Below, in pieces: positions 28,895-39,326 of a stretch of 64,000 bases of DNA. Source of the DNA: Thermodesulfobacteriota bacterium (GTDB lineage: Bacteria > Desulfobacterota > Desulfobacteria > Desulfobacterales > SURF-7); NCBI GenBank assembly GCA_049320885.1, contig JBMORA010000048.1, positions 1 through 64,000 on the forward strand, read 5' to 3'. Position 1 is the stretch's first letter; each line of letters starts with the position of its first letter. Under the pieces are notes generated by a model that had not been told where the DNA came from, searched no databases, and was given only the letters and a program-made list of their open reading frames with translations. Made by a program: the position numbers and the translations under genes.

Positions 28895-30592
28895 TCACCG
28901 TCCGATCTCCATGGGTTGAACCTCCATTTCAAAATCCTCCTGGGTGTCCGGCCATCTGGGGATATCGTAATGCAGGCTGATTTTCCAGATGATGGCGTTG
29001 TGCTCGCTCTTGAAGGAATGCATGCTGTCGGCTGGAATGACAAAAGACAGCTCCCCGCTCCGAATGGTCGCCGGATTTTCGGAGGCGATCAAATCCTGCC
29101 GATAAAACTCGCGCTTATCCGTGCAGGAATCGGTCCCGCGGCGATAGGTGGCGGATTCCTCACCGGTCAGCACGAGACGGAACCGATGGATTGCTGTCAC
29201 ACGGCCTTCCGTCCGCCATCGCAGACCGATACGCTCGCCAAGGCGTACTCCGTCGTCGAGGAGCATGATCTGGGGCCGCGGATTGAAGAATGCCAGCAGA
29301 TAATAGAAAACGCTGAAAAACAGAACCGCGCCGATGAGAACAAACGGAATCAAAAAAAGGCTTAAAAACAGATCCGGGTTTCCCGAGCGCCAACCCTGGA
29401 TTGCCTGGAAGACAAAAACGGATACGATCCCGTTCCAGAAGAGAGCAATGAAGAGGGTGACAAGGATTTTTCCGGCTGGAGACGTGCGAGGTCTGAGGAC
29501 CAGGGGACCTGATTTCAGCCCCCATTTCCCGTTGGTATTGCCGGCTGAGTCCTGGGCCGTGTTCCGCCGGCCGGGTTCCGAATCCGCGGGTCTGCGGATG
29601 AAATATAACGTGCCGAACAGCCCCACGGCCATGAAAACAACCGGCACTAGTACCAACAGGGCTTCAAGCCCGAGTTCTCTTTTCAGGACCGCTTCGGCCG
29701 GATTGCCCGGATTCACGTAACAGACGGCGGCGCTACCCGGCGGATAGCGTCTCACCACCTCGGCTTTGGAGTCGTATCCACCGGATGACCCGCCGATGAA
29801 TTTATACCGGCTCGAACGGTATGCCTTTCCTTGATAAGAGTAGGAATAGACGATATCCACGCTGTAGGTGGTGCCGTCATCGCTGTCATGGCTTCTGACC
29901 CGGCTGGACTGAATCGTGCAATCCGTCGCCGGCCAGTCTTCGGAATCAATGGATTGAATCACGGCCGGCAGAAAAACGAAATACCCCAAGGCAGCCCCGG
30001 CTGCGAAAAAAACAAGGAAAAACGCCGTCGTGACCGGACGGGTAAAACGGTTTTTCCGCGATGCGGTTGTCAGGGAATACGTCTTTGTCCTGGGGCCGGA
30101 AAACCGCCAGGTCGAATAGATGATCCCTCCCCCGACAATGACAAAAATCAGGGGCAGTAAAACCAGCAGGCCGGTGAGCAGACTTTTCTGTTCCAGCGCG
30201 GACTGGGACGGATCCAACGGATCGACGTAGCACTCCGCCTCCTGCCCCACGGGATATCGCCCGGCGAAGGCGTCGGCCTCGTCAACGGTATTTTCCGTCA
30301 CAGCCCCGGCTCCTGGATTGATCCGGTCCGAATGATACGTGATTCCCCGGTGGATATACCGGTAAGCGATCCGGGCCGCGTAGCCTTCGTCATCGGCGTT
30401 GACACTGCTTTCCGTGATGACGCAGGGCGTCCGGGTCCAGCTGCCGGCCTGAAACGAACGGTAGGTGTCGAACAACACTATCCCGCTGAATATCAGCCCC
30501 ATTATCAGAAAAACCAGTCCGAACAAGGTGAGACCGATTTTCCCGGTTACCGTACCGGAAGTTCCGGAAGAAGAAAACGTGAATCTGGACAT
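28895..30592 (-). CDS. Membrane protein with two DUF3592 repeats and a C-terminal beta-sandwich domain
   Basis: Two repeats of TM-W.x.T.x.C.x.I.x.x.S...Y.x.Y...G.x.x.Y.x.S.x.R...YP.G...CYV[DN]P..P-TM; later ALFWNG TM pair and soluble C-terminal domain. Confidence 0.82.
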   Translation of the reverse strand: MSRFTFSSSGTSGTVTGKIGLTLFGLVFLIMGLIFSGIVLFDTYRSFQAGSWTRTPCVITESSVNADDEGYAARIAYRYIHRGITYHSDRINPGAGAVTENTVDEADAFAGRYPVGQEAECYVDPLDPSQSALEQKSLLTGLLVLLPLIFVIVGGGIIYSTWRFSGPRTKTYSLTTASRKNRFTRPVTTAFFLVFFAAGAALGYFVFLPAVIQSIDSEDWPATDCTIQSSRVRSHDSDDGTTYSVDIVYSYSYQGKAYRSSRYKFIGGSSGGYDSKAEVVRRYPPGSAAVCYVNPGNPAEAVLKRELGLEALLVLVPVVFMAVGLFGTLYFIRRPADSEPGRRNTAQDSAGNTNGKWGLKSGPLVLRPRTSPAGKILVTLFIALFWNGIVSVFVFQAIQGWRSGNPDLFLSLFLIPFVLIGAVLFFSVFYYLLAFFNPRPQIMLLDDGVRLGERIGLRWRTEGRVTAIHRFRLVLTGEESATYRRGTDSCTDKREFYRQDLIASENPATIRSGELSFVIPADSMHSFKSEHNAIIWKISLHYDIPRWPDTQEDFEMEVQPMEIGR

Positions 30593-30682
30593 GACGTTCA
30601 GCCGCCCGCATGGGGTAACGATAATGGTTCGGATGCTTCCACAGCGGACCTCACCATACCATCAATTCCGGCGATACTCAAG

Positions 30683-30716
30683 TTCCTGGCGATAATGATT
30701 CCTGGCGATAATGATT
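30683..30716. repeat. Exact 16-bp tandem direct repeat in a divergent promoter region
   Basis: TTCCTGGCGATAATGA at 30683-30698 and 30699-30714; degenerate copy TTCCGGCGATACTCA just upstream. Confidence 0.8.
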
Positions 30717-30796
30717 GCGTCCGCGCCTGTTTGCTTATATAGATACATGGCATCCCATTCCCGATCCGAAACCATATAACGAGAAAGCTGGCGCAG

Positions 30797-33283
30797 ATGA
30801 AAAAAGAACCGAAAAACACCATTGCACCGGACCCTCCGGAGAATGTCAGAACCGGACACGATCTCGAGAGCATCAAGCAGGATCTCCTGGAAAACCTCCA
30901 GTATGTCCTGGCCAAACCAGCCGCCATGAGAACCCTGAACGACCATTATCTGGCCGTGGCCTACAGTGTCCGCAACCGGATGATCAAACGCTGGAGCGAC
31001 ACGGTTGAAAAATTCTTTGCCTCCAACTCCAAGGCAGTCTGCTATTTCTCGGCTGAATTCCTCATTGGCCCCCAGCTGAGGCGGAACCTGATCAGTCTGG
31101 ATATCTACGACACCATGAACCGGGCCACCGCCGAGCTGGGGATGAACCTGAACGGCATCATCGAACACGAACCGGAGCCGGGCCTGGGCAATGGCGGTCT
31201 GGGCCGTCTGGCCGCCTGCTACATGGAGTCCTTCGCCACCCTGGGCGTACCCGCCATCGGGTATGGAATCCGGTATGAGCACGGCATGTTTCATCAGACC
31301 TTCCGGGACGGCTGGCAGGTGGAACTTACCGACAACTGGCTGCAACTGGGAAACCCCTGGGAAATTCCTCGTCCCGAACGGGTATATGACGTGTATTTCG
31401 GCGGCCGGACGGAACATGTCGCCGGCCCCGACGGTAAAAAAAGGGTTGTCTGGCACCCGGCCAAAATCGTCCGCGGCATGGCCTACGACACCCCCATACT
31501 GGGATATCAGGTTGAATCCGCCGGCATGCTGCGCCTTTGGAAAGCCGAGGCCCACGAGTCCTTCGATTTTCAGGACTTCAATACCGGCGATTACTACGGC
31601 GCCGTGGAAATGAAAATTACCGCCGAAAACATCACCAAGGTGCTCTATCCCAATGACGAGCAGATGCAGGGCAAACAGCTGCGCCTGGAACAGCAATTCT
31701 TTTTCGTGACCTGCTCCCTGCAGAACCTGATCGAGATGCACCTCTTGAGGGAAAGGACCCTGGACAATTTCCCCCAAACCTTCGCCGTGCAGTTGAACGA
31801 CACCCACCCTTCCATCGCCGTGGCGGAATTGATGCGCCTGTTGGTGGACGAGCATGGATTGGAATGGGAGTGGGCCTGGCGCATCACGGAAAACACCTTC
31901 GGCTACACGAATCACACCCTGCTGCCCGAGGCCCTGGAAAAATGGCCCCTGCCGCTGTTCGCCGCCCTGCTCCCCCGCCACCTGGAAATCATTTACGAGA
32001 TCAACCGGCGCTTCCTGGACCATGTCCTGCTCAATTGCGCCCATCTGAACGTGCGCCCGGATGCGGTGTCCCTCATCGACGAGACCGACCAGAAATACGT
32101 CCGCATGGCCAACCTGGCCTGTGTCGGCAGTCACGCCATCAACGGTGTTGCCGAACTGCACACGGAACTGTTGAAATCCCATACGCTCAAGGAGTTCCAC
32201 ACCTTGATGCCTGAAAAATTCAGCAACAAAACCAATGGGGTAACCCCGCGTCGCTGGATCGTCCTGTGCAATCCGCGGCTGGCCGGCTTGATAACGGAGA
32301 AAATCGGCGATGGCTGGATCAGAGACCTGGAACGGCTGCGCGAATTGGAGAATTTCGCCGACAACCAGGGCTTCCTGGCCAAATGGTGGCTGGTGAAACA
32401 AAACAACAAACGGGAACAGGCGGAATATGTACTGAAAAAAACCGGCGTGGTATTGAATACGGATTCCCTTTTCGATGTCCAGGTGAAACGCATCCACGAA
32501 TACAAACGCCAGCACCTGAATGTTCTGCATATCATCAGCCTGTACAACCGCATCAAAAAAAATCCGGGTGCCGATATAACCCCGCGCACGTTTGTCTTCG
32601 GCGGCAAGGCGGCGCCGGGTTATTACATGGCCAAGCTGATCATCAAACTCATCAATTCCGTGGCGGATGTCGTCAACCGGGACCCGGATGTGGGCGGCAG
32701 GTTGAAAATCGTGTTCATCCGCAACTTCAATGTCAAACTGGGGCATCGGATATATCCACCGGCGGACCTGTCCGAACAAATCTCCACTGCCGGGAAAGAG
32801 GCCTCGGGCACTGGCAACATGAAATTTTCCATGAACGGCGCCCTGACCATCGGTACTCTGGACGGCGCGAACGTCGAAATCCGGCAGGAAGTCGGCGCAG
32901 AAAACTTTTTTCTGTTCGGCCTGAACGCCCATGAGGTGCAGGAACTGAAGGCAAGCGGTTATCGCCCCCTGGACTATTACCATGCCAATCCGGATCTCCG
33001 GGAGGTCATCGACCTCATCCGTTCCGGCGTTTTCTCAAATGGAAACGAAGAGTTGTTCAAACCGCTGGTGGACTCACTGCTCTACGAGGACAAATACATG
33101 CTCCTGGCCGATTATTCATCCTACCTGGATTGTCAGGCGAAAGTGGACCGGCTCTGGAAAAACCAGGAAATGTGGACCCGCATGTCGCTGCTCAACGTCG
33201 CCCGGATGGGAAAATTTTCCTCGGACCGCGCCATCCGGGAATATTGCCGGGATATATGGAAGGTGGCGGTGCACGACCGATAA
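30797..33283 (+). CDS. glgP: Glycogen/starch/alpha-glucan phosphorylase
   Basis: GLGNGGLGRLAAC, QLNDTHP, YTNHTLLPEALE, QVKRIHEYKRQ, EASGTGNMKF (PLP lysine). Confidence 0.97.
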   Translation: MKKEPKNTIAPDPPENVRTGHDLESIKQDLLENLQYVLAKPAAMRTLNDHYLAVAYSVRNRMIKRWSDTVEKFFASNSKAVCYFSAEFLIGPQLRRNLISLDIYDTMNRATAELGMNLNGIIEHEPEPGLGNGGLGRLAACYMESFATLGVPAIGYGIRYEHGMFHQTFRDGWQVELTDNWLQLGNPWEIPRPERVYDVYFGGRTEHVAGPDGKKRVVWHPAKIVRGMAYDTPILGYQVESAGMLRLWKAEAHESFDFQDFNTGDYYGAVEMKITAENITKVLYPNDEQMQGKQLRLEQQFFFVTCSLQNLIEMHLLRERTLDNFPQTFAVQLNDTHPSIAVAELMRLLVDEHGLEWEWAWRITENTFGYTNHTLLPEALEKWPLPLFAALLPRHLEIIYEINRRFLDHVLLNCAHLNVRPDAVSLIDETDQKYVRMANLACVGSHAINGVAELHTELLKSHTLKEFHTLMPEKFSNKTNGVTPRRWIVLCNPRLAGLITEKIGDGWIRDLERLRELENFADNQGFLAKWWLVKQNNKREQAEYVLKKTGVVLNTDSLFDVQVKRIHEYKRQHLNVLHIISLYNRIKKNPGADITPRTFVFGGKAAPGYYMAKLIIKLINSVADVVNRDPDVGGRLKIVFIRNFNVKLGHRIYPPADLSEQISTAGKEASGTGNMKFSMNGALTIGTLDGANVEIRQEVGAENFFLFGLNAHEVQELKASGYRPLDYYHANPDLREVIDLIRSGVFSNGNEELFKPLVDSLLYEDKYMLLADYSSYLDCQAKVDRLWKNQEMWTRMSLLNVARMGKFSSDRAIREYCRDIWKVAVHDR

Positions 33284-33288
33284 ATTTA

Positions 33289-33305
33289 TTGGTACTATAC
33301 TTGCA
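33289..33305 (+). promoter_or_regulatory. Sigma54 (-24/-12) promoter
   Basis: TTGGTACTATACTTGCA = GG-N10-GC, 56 bp upstream of ATG 33362 with RBS AAGGAG. Confidence 0.7.
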
Positions 33306-33361
33306 TAATTTTCTCCGTAATAAGGCCGCAACCCTACTGTTACCTTAAAGGAGAAGAGCGC

Positions 33362-33724
33362 ATGCTTTCCAGTATCCGGCAACGCCAGGAATCCAACAGC
33401 CACCATGTATCGGTTCTCCAGACGGAATATCACAGCGTGGAGATCGCCCTGGACGATTTCGCGCTGTTGTACCAGTTCCGGCTGCGAAAAACAGAATCCT
33501 GCCCCATGTGTTTCATCGTCCGCAAGGATTCCCAGCTGCTCCAGCAACTGGAGGTGGGCCGGGTTTTCCAGATGAAATTCCATGCCAGCGGCGCACCGGG
33601 ATCAACCCCGTATATGAATACGAGAATCGAAACAATTTCAATTGATTCCAGCGGATGTTTCAAGGATCACTGTATTGTTGGGCTGGCGGTCGTCGAGTCG
33701 CCCCCCCCTGTTTCCATGCACTGA
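33362..33724 (+). CDS. Small hypothetical protein, degenerate PilZ-like beta-barrel
   Basis: YHSVEI...LYQFRL...MCFIVRKDS.LL..LEVG...T.I..I...G.FKDH.IVGLAV resembles deltaproteobacterial PilZ-like proteins (recall, unverified); good RBS. Confidence 0.6.
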   Translation: MLSSIRQRQESNSHHVSVLQTEYHSVEIALDDFALLYQFRLRKTESCPMCFIVRKDSQLLQQLEVGRVFQMKFHASGAPGSTPYMNTRIETISIDSSGCFKDHCIVGLAVVESPPPVSMH

Positions 33725-34230
33725 TGGATACAGCTGCCGCGTACGGGCCTCAGCCTATTGAAAATTAATAAGGATATCGAAATGCCATCGCCAAATATGG
33801 ATTCGGACGGTATTGATTTTCCACGCATGAATCAGTTTTTTCGTTTTCAGCAATTCTATTTCTGGGAATTATCCCTGCCCTGGGTTCAGGCTCCCCCGAA
33901 AGCCTCCCGCCGATTGATGGCGCATTCGATGGGACACCTGCCCGGCGATCCGTCTGGACCATCGGATTACCCCAGGGACGATTTCCAAGGCATCCGGCAA
34001 CCGTTGCCCGTTGCGGCCAACCAGTTACCCTGGTGAAACCGGTCCGGCTCTGAATACAAAAAAACATCTTCCGTATCTTTTTTTATACTTTCATCCATCT
34101 GCCCCAGCCGAGCTCTTGACGCCCCTCCATGATTGCGGTTATGGAATTCATCCATTACGATGAGGTCATCCGGAAAGCCCATTACGGAAGCCGTTTCAGA
34201 AATCCGCGGTTCCATCTTCGGGAGAACGAT

Positions 34231-35775
34231 ATGAAGACCCTGAAAAAATCGATCATTCATCTGGTCCTGGCCTTGATATTCCTTGCCGCCGCCAGCCATG
34301 CCGCGGATCCTTCGGCAACGGATTTCACGGTTTTGTTTTTCAACGATCTGCACGGCCACCTGCAACCATTTACCGTGAAAACCGAAAACGGCACCGGGGA
34401 AGTGGGCGGCATCGCCCGGATGGCCGCCCTGGTGAAATCCATCCGCGCCGACAACGACCGCAAGGGGGCCAAAACTTTCCTGGTGGTGGCCGGGGACATC
34501 CTCCAGGGCACCCCCCTGTCCACCCTGTTCCGCGGCGAACCCGACATCGAATGTTTCAACCGCATGGGCGTGGATGTCGTCACCATCGGCAATCATGAAT
34601 TCGATTTCGGCCTGGACAACCTGGGGCGATTGCGGCAACAGGCCGCATTCCCCTTCATCAGCGCCAACATCGTCCGGCAAGACGGCGGCCGACCCCTGGC
34701 GGATTCAGCGGCATTTCTCGAGCTGGGCGGGGGGAGGCGCCTCCTGGTCATCGGGGTCACCACTCCGGATCTGATGACCACCACCAATCCGGATCATGTC
34801 GCGGAACTCCAGGTGACGGATCCGGTCTCGGCGGTCGTGGACGTTTTCAATCGTTACGGACGCCCTGGTCCGGCGATCCTCTTGTCCCACTGCCGCCACC
34901 GGACCGACCGGGAAATTGCCGAAGCCCTGCCGGAGCTGGCGGCCATCATCGGCGGCCATGATCAGATTCTGCTCTCCCCCCGCCGTCTGGTGAACGGTGT
35001 ACCGATTTTTCAGGCCTTTGAAAAAGGCCGTTACCTGGGCCGGTTGGATTTTCAAATCCAAGAAAAAACCGGCAAGGCCGTCCTGATCGCCGACACCTAT
35101 CTGCCGGTCACCGCCGCCATTGCCCCTGATCCGGAAATGGAGGCCCTTGTGAAGTCCTATAGCGACCGGATGGATGCCCGCTTCAGCCAAGTCATCGGCA
35201 CCGCGGCGGTGTTCCTGGACGGCGAACGCGAGCACATCCGCTGGGAGGAAACCACCCTGGGCAATTTCGTCACCGACACCATGCGCCGCCACACCGGTAC
35301 CCGCATCTCCCTGCTCAACGCCGGCAGTCTCAGGGCCAGTATCAACACCGGCGCCATTACCGTGGCGGATGTATTCCGGGCCATGCCCTATGCCAACGAA
35401 CTCGTCACCCTCGAACTCTCCGGCCGGGAGCTCCTTCGGGTTCTGGAGCGCGCAGTGCAGGGACAACGCGAAGAAGAGGACGGCGGATTCCTGCATGTAT
35501 CCGGCTTGCGCCTCACCATTGAGGGGAACAGGCCGGTGCGGGTCCTCGTGGACCCGGAAGGCGGCCCGCTGCTGCCGGAGGCTGTCTATTCCGTGACCAT
35601 TACCGATTTCCTGCATGCCGGCGGAGACGGTTACCGGATTTTCTCTGGCAAACCGGCCGTCCGCACCGGGCTGCCCTTGCGGGAACTGCTCGTGGACCAG
35701 ATCCGGTCCCTGAAAACGGTTTCGTCCGCCCTGGACGGCCGCATCAACCGCCTTGAAGGCGGCAAAACCCCATGA
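34231..35775 (+). CDS. Periplasmic bifunctional UDP-sugar hydrolase/5'-nucleotidase
   Basis: Signal peptide; FNDLHG, GGIAR, AGD..QG, GNHEFDFG, LSH, GGHDQ, NAGSLR, GGDGY. Confidence 0.93.
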   Translation: MKTLKKSIIHLVLALIFLAAASHAADPSATDFTVLFFNDLHGHLQPFTVKTENGTGEVGGIARMAALVKSIRADNDRKGAKTFLVVAGDILQGTPLSTLFRGEPDIECFNRMGVDVVTIGNHEFDFGLDNLGRLRQQAAFPFISANIVRQDGGRPLADSAAFLELGGGRRLLVIGVTTPDLMTTTNPDHVAELQVTDPVSAVVDVFNRYGRPGPAILLSHCRHRTDREIAEALPELAAIIGGHDQILLSPRRLVNGVPIFQAFEKGRYLGRLDFQIQEKTGKAVLIADTYLPVTAAIAPDPEMEALVKSYSDRMDARFSQVIGTAAVFLDGEREHIRWEETTLGNFVTDTMRRHTGTRISLLNAGSLRASINTGAITVADVFRAMPYANELVTLELSGRELLRVLERAVQGQREEEDGGFLHVSGLRLTIEGNRPVRVLVDPEGGPLLPEAVYSVTITDFLHAGGDGYRIFSGKPAVRTGLPLRELLVDQIRSLKTVSSALDGRINRLEGGKTP

Positions 35776-36782
35776 AAGCGACAACGTCATGCCCTCCGGC
35801 GACACCGACAGCCGCCGGAATTCCGTTCCAGTTGATTCTGGCCCCCATCCGCGGCATCACCGACTGGGTCTATCGCTCCGTTTTCCAGCGCCATTTTCAA
35901 GGCTTCGATCTGGCCGTTGCGCCTTTCATCGCCACGGTTCCATCCTCCCGGTTCGCGCCCAGGCTCCTCAAGGACGTGCTGCCGGAAAACAACAGGGGGA
36001 TGCGGATCATCCCCCAGCTCTTGGGCAAAACGCCCGCGGATTTCATCCGCATGGCCCGCTGTCTCCATGACCTGGGGCATGAAACCGTCAACTGGAATCT
36101 CGGCTGCCCCTATCCCATGGTGGCCCGCAAAGGCAGGGGTTCCGGGCTCCTGCCGTTTCCGGAAAAAATTCAGGTCTTCCTGGACCATGTCGTTCCCGCC
36201 ATTCCCAACCGCCTGTCCGTCAAAACCCGCCTCGGCCGGGAGGAACCCGGCGAAATCCGGCAGGTGCTGGGGGTCCTGAACCAGTTCCCCCTGACCGACC
36301 TGATCGTTCATCCCCGCACCGGCATCCAGATGTACACCGGGACCATCCACCGGGACATGTTCCGCTGGTGCCTGGAGAACAGCCGCCATCCGGTGATATA
36401 TAACGGCGATATCACCGACACCCGGACATTCGGCGAGCTGCGGCGGCTGTTTCCCGATGTCGGGACCTTTATGATCGGCAGGGGGGCGCTGGCGGATCCA
36501 TTTCTGCCCGCCGAATTGCGGGGTCTGAAACCGCCAACGCCACCGGAAAAAGTCGCCGCCCTGAAGCGCTTCCATGATGACCTGCTGGCGGCCTACACCC
36601 CCCTGTTCAGCGGGCCGGCTCACCTGACGGACCGCATGAAAGCCCACTGGCAATACTGGGCCGCCTCTTTTGCGGACGGCGCGAAATTGCTGAAAGCCGT
36701 CCGCAAAACCCGCCATGTCGATGCCTACCGCATCACCATCGAACAGCTTTTCTCCCGGGGACTCACCTGGAAATCCGGCTAA
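35772..36782 (+). CDS. tRNA-dihydrouridine synthase family protein
   Basis: LAPIRGITD, PQLLG, NLGCP, GSGLL, VKTRLG, VHPRT, YNGDI, MIGRGALADP. Confidence 0.92.
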   Translation: MKATTSCPPATPTAAGIPFQLILAPIRGITDWVYRSVFQRHFQGFDLAVAPFIATVPSSRFAPRLLKDVLPENNRGMRIIPQLLGKTPADFIRMARCLHDLGHETVNWNLGCPYPMVARKGRGSGLLPFPEKIQVFLDHVVPAIPNRLSVKTRLGREEPGEIRQVLGVLNQFPLTDLIVHPRTGIQMYTGTIHRDMFRWCLENSRHPVIYNGDITDTRTFGELRRLFPDVGTFMIGRGALADPFLPAELRGLKPPTPPEKVAALKRFHDDLLAAYTPLFSGPAHLTDRMKAHWQYWAASFADGAKLLKAVRKTRHVDAYRITIEQLFSRGLTWKSG

Positions 36783-36800
36783 GCAGATCAGGGGGGAATT

Positions 36801-39077
36801 TCATTCCAATATGGAACGGATTTTTGTTGAAAGTTCCAAGATGTTGGAAGGTTTTTGGATGAATCCGTTGCACCCCTTGTTCATGATTTCGTTGGCTTGA
36901 CCGTTGATGGAATAGCCGCTTGAAAGCAACACCGGGATCCCCGGTTGAATTTCTCTGATGAGATTGAAGGCGGTGCCGCCGTCCATGCCCGGCATGATCA
37001 TGTCGAGTATGACCAGATCGATTTTGGTGTCTTTCATCCTCAATCGTTCGCAGGCCTCTTTGCCGCTTTTTGCCGCGATGACATGGTATCCCAAGGTTTC
37101 CAGAATGGCCCGGGTCACCTCGATGATCATTTCCTCGTCATCAACCAGAAGAATGGTCTCGGAGCCCTTGACCAATGTGTTTTCAATACCGGGTTCGGAC
37201 AGCGGCTTTTTTTTCGAAATCGGTAAATAGATATGGAAGGTGCTGCCAAAGCTTATTTCGCTCCTTACCGTTATCATGCCATTGTGATTGCGGATAATGC
37301 CATAGGCAGAGGCCAGTCCCAGGCCGGTTCCGCGGCCTTTTTCCTTGGTCGTAAAAAACGGATCGAAAATTTTTTGCCTTGTTTCTTCGTCCATGCCGAT
37401 GCCCGTGTCGGAAATTGAAATTCTGGAGTACCAGCCGGGCCTGGTCTCGTAGTATCGGCAGAATTCCTCGCTGAGCAAAATGCCGCCGGTTTCGATAAAC
37501 AGATCGCCTCCGTTCGGCATCGCCTGCCATGCGTTTACAAACATGTTCAGAAGTACCTGCTTGATCTGCTCCCGGTCAACCTCAACCACCAACGGTTCCT
37601 GAAACTTGGCATGAATTCTGATTTCCTTTTTCGTCCTTCCGAACATGTTCGCGCTTTCTTGAACAATTTCATTTAACTCCGCCGGTTTTGTTTCATATTT
37701 TCCGCCCCGGGCAAGTCCTAGAAGTTGTCCCGTCAGATCGCTAGCGCTTTTCACATACGACTCTATCCCGCGCAGATGTTCGAGATGCGGGTGAGGCGTT
37801 TGCGGATCGATCGACAGGAGGGACGCCCGGCCCTGGATTCCCATCAATATGTTATTGAAATCATGGGCGATTCCTCCAGCAAGCGTCCCGATCGCTTCCA
37901 GCTTCTGCGATTGGATCAGTTGCATCCGCAAATTCTCTCTTTCCGCTTCGGCATGTTTCCGTTCCGTGATGTCGGTGAAAATACCTTCGACCCCCAGTAA
38001 ATTCCCTTCCTTGTCGTAATAGAAATGACTGTTGGTGGAGACGATGACCGGTGAGCCGTCCTTTCGCTTCAGCGTTACCTCATAGTCTTTTACCCGACCG
38101 TATTTTTTCAGTTGATGAAGAAACAGCAACCGATCCTCCGGATTGCAATAGAATTCCCGGGCGATGTTTCTGCCGATCAATTCATCCGCAGTGGGGATTC
38201 CCAGCAGACGGGCGCCGGATGGGCTTACGAAGGTGATATTCCCGCTGGTGTCGGCGCGGTACAAAGTATCCGTCATGTTTTCCACCAGATTCCGGTACTG
38301 CTCCTCGCTGACCTTCAGCGATTCTTCACTTCTTTTTTGTTCCGTTATATCGAACAGCGACAGAAGGCGGAGATCGGTTCCGGGTATGCCGCTCATCCAG
38401 AGGATGACATCCCGGCGCTCGGCGGCTTTCGTTCGCATGGATGTTTCCAGTTTCAGGGAATGATGGGAAGGCAGGGGGCGGCAGTTGTTTTGATACCCGG
38501 CCAAGATGTCGGCCGTTGTTTCTTCAGCGAACAAACTTGTCCAGTTTTTCTTGCCTTCCAGTTCTTCCTTGCGGTATCCGCTCAGCTTTTCAAACTCATG
38601 GTTGACCAACAGAATCGTATGATCTCGCTTTACAAACAGTATGCCGGCGCCGACATTTTCAAAGAGCGCTTTGTAAAAGGGTTCCGATATCTGACAGTCA
38701 TGGGTTTCATTCAATCGGCCGCTGACCTCGCTCCCCTGCGCGATAATGGCCTGGAGCCGTGAATCTTGGTCACTGTATACATGGAAAGTACTCCAGAGGA
38801 AGGTGCGGATGTTACCTTCCTTGGTTATGATCGGCAGAACGGCGGAATCCCAATGAACTCCCGACGAAGCCTGTTCGATTCGGATCTTATTCAGCTCATG
38901 TTCCGGGAAGGCGAACAAAGAATCCACGCCGACACCGCGAATCTCATCGGACCGATAACCGGTTTTTTTCTCGAAGGCCTTGTTGACGAAGAGTATTTTC
39001 GAATCCTGATCCCAGGCGATGACCGACGCTTCGGAGGTGTTCAAAAAATGTCGCAACTGTTCAGGCATGGTAGTCAT
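36801..39077 (-). CDS. Hybrid sensor histidine kinase (3 PAS, HisKA, HATPase, receiver)
   Basis: Three PAS/PAC (DITE.K); [33 protein letters not shown]; receiver VDDE, DMIMP, QKP. Confidence 0.96.
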   Translation of the reverse strand: MTTMPEQLRHFLNTSEASVIAWDQDSKILFVNKAFEKKTGYRSDEIRGVGVDSLFAFPEHELNKIRIEQASSGVHWDSAVLPIITKEGNIRTFLWSTFHVYSDQDSRLQAIIAQGSEVSGRLNETHDCQISEPFYKALFENVGAGILFVKRDHTILLVNHEFEKLSGYRKEELEGKKNWTSLFAEETTADILAGYQNNCRPLPSHHSLKLETSMRTKAAERRDVILWMSGIPGTDLRLLSLFDITEQKRSEESLKVSEEQYRNLVENMTDTLYRADTSGNITFVSPSGARLLGIPTADELIGRNIAREFYCNPEDRLLFLHQLKKYGRVKDYEVTLKRKDGSPVIVSTNSHFYYDKEGNLLGVEGIFTDITERKHAEAERENLRMQLIQSQKLEAIGTLAGGIAHDFNNILMGIQGRASLLSIDPQTPHPHLEHLRGIESYVKSASDLTGQLLGLARGGKYETKPAELNEIVQESANMFGRTKKEIRIHAKFQEPLVVEVDREQIKQVLLNMFVNAWQAMPNGGDLFIETGGILLSEEFCRYYETRPGWYSRISISDTGIGMDEETRQKIFDPFFTTKEKGRGTGLGLASAYGIIRNHNGMITVRSEISFGSTFHIYLPISKKKPLSEPGIENTLVKGSETILLVDDEEMIIEVTRAILETLGYHVIAAKSGKEACERLRMKDTKIDLVILDMIMPGMDGGTAFNLIREIQPGIPVLLSSGYSINGQANEIMNKGCNGFIQKPSNILELSTKIRSILE

Positions 39078-39326
39078 GAAGCGAATTTCGCGTCTTTGGG
39101 ATGTTTTCAGATAATTATATGATTCTTATCGGAATTATATAAACCATGCTGGTTATCAAGTCAATAACCGTATGGGGTACTCCTCTTGACCGTCCGGATC
39201 AGGACGAATGCGCCGATACTGCCACCACAGGATCGGGTCGAAGAAACCCCCTTGCCTGAAACGGCGAGGACATGATACAGGTCATTTTCAATGCAATTTC
39301 ATCCCCCCTTCCTGAAAGGAACTTTG

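Noticed and set aside
33725..34230. 500-bp intergenic region as possible sRNA, riboswitch or small ORF (33758-34036)
   Set aside because: No recognisable RNA motif, RBS or protein-like composition by eye; an Infernal/Rfam scan would be needed.
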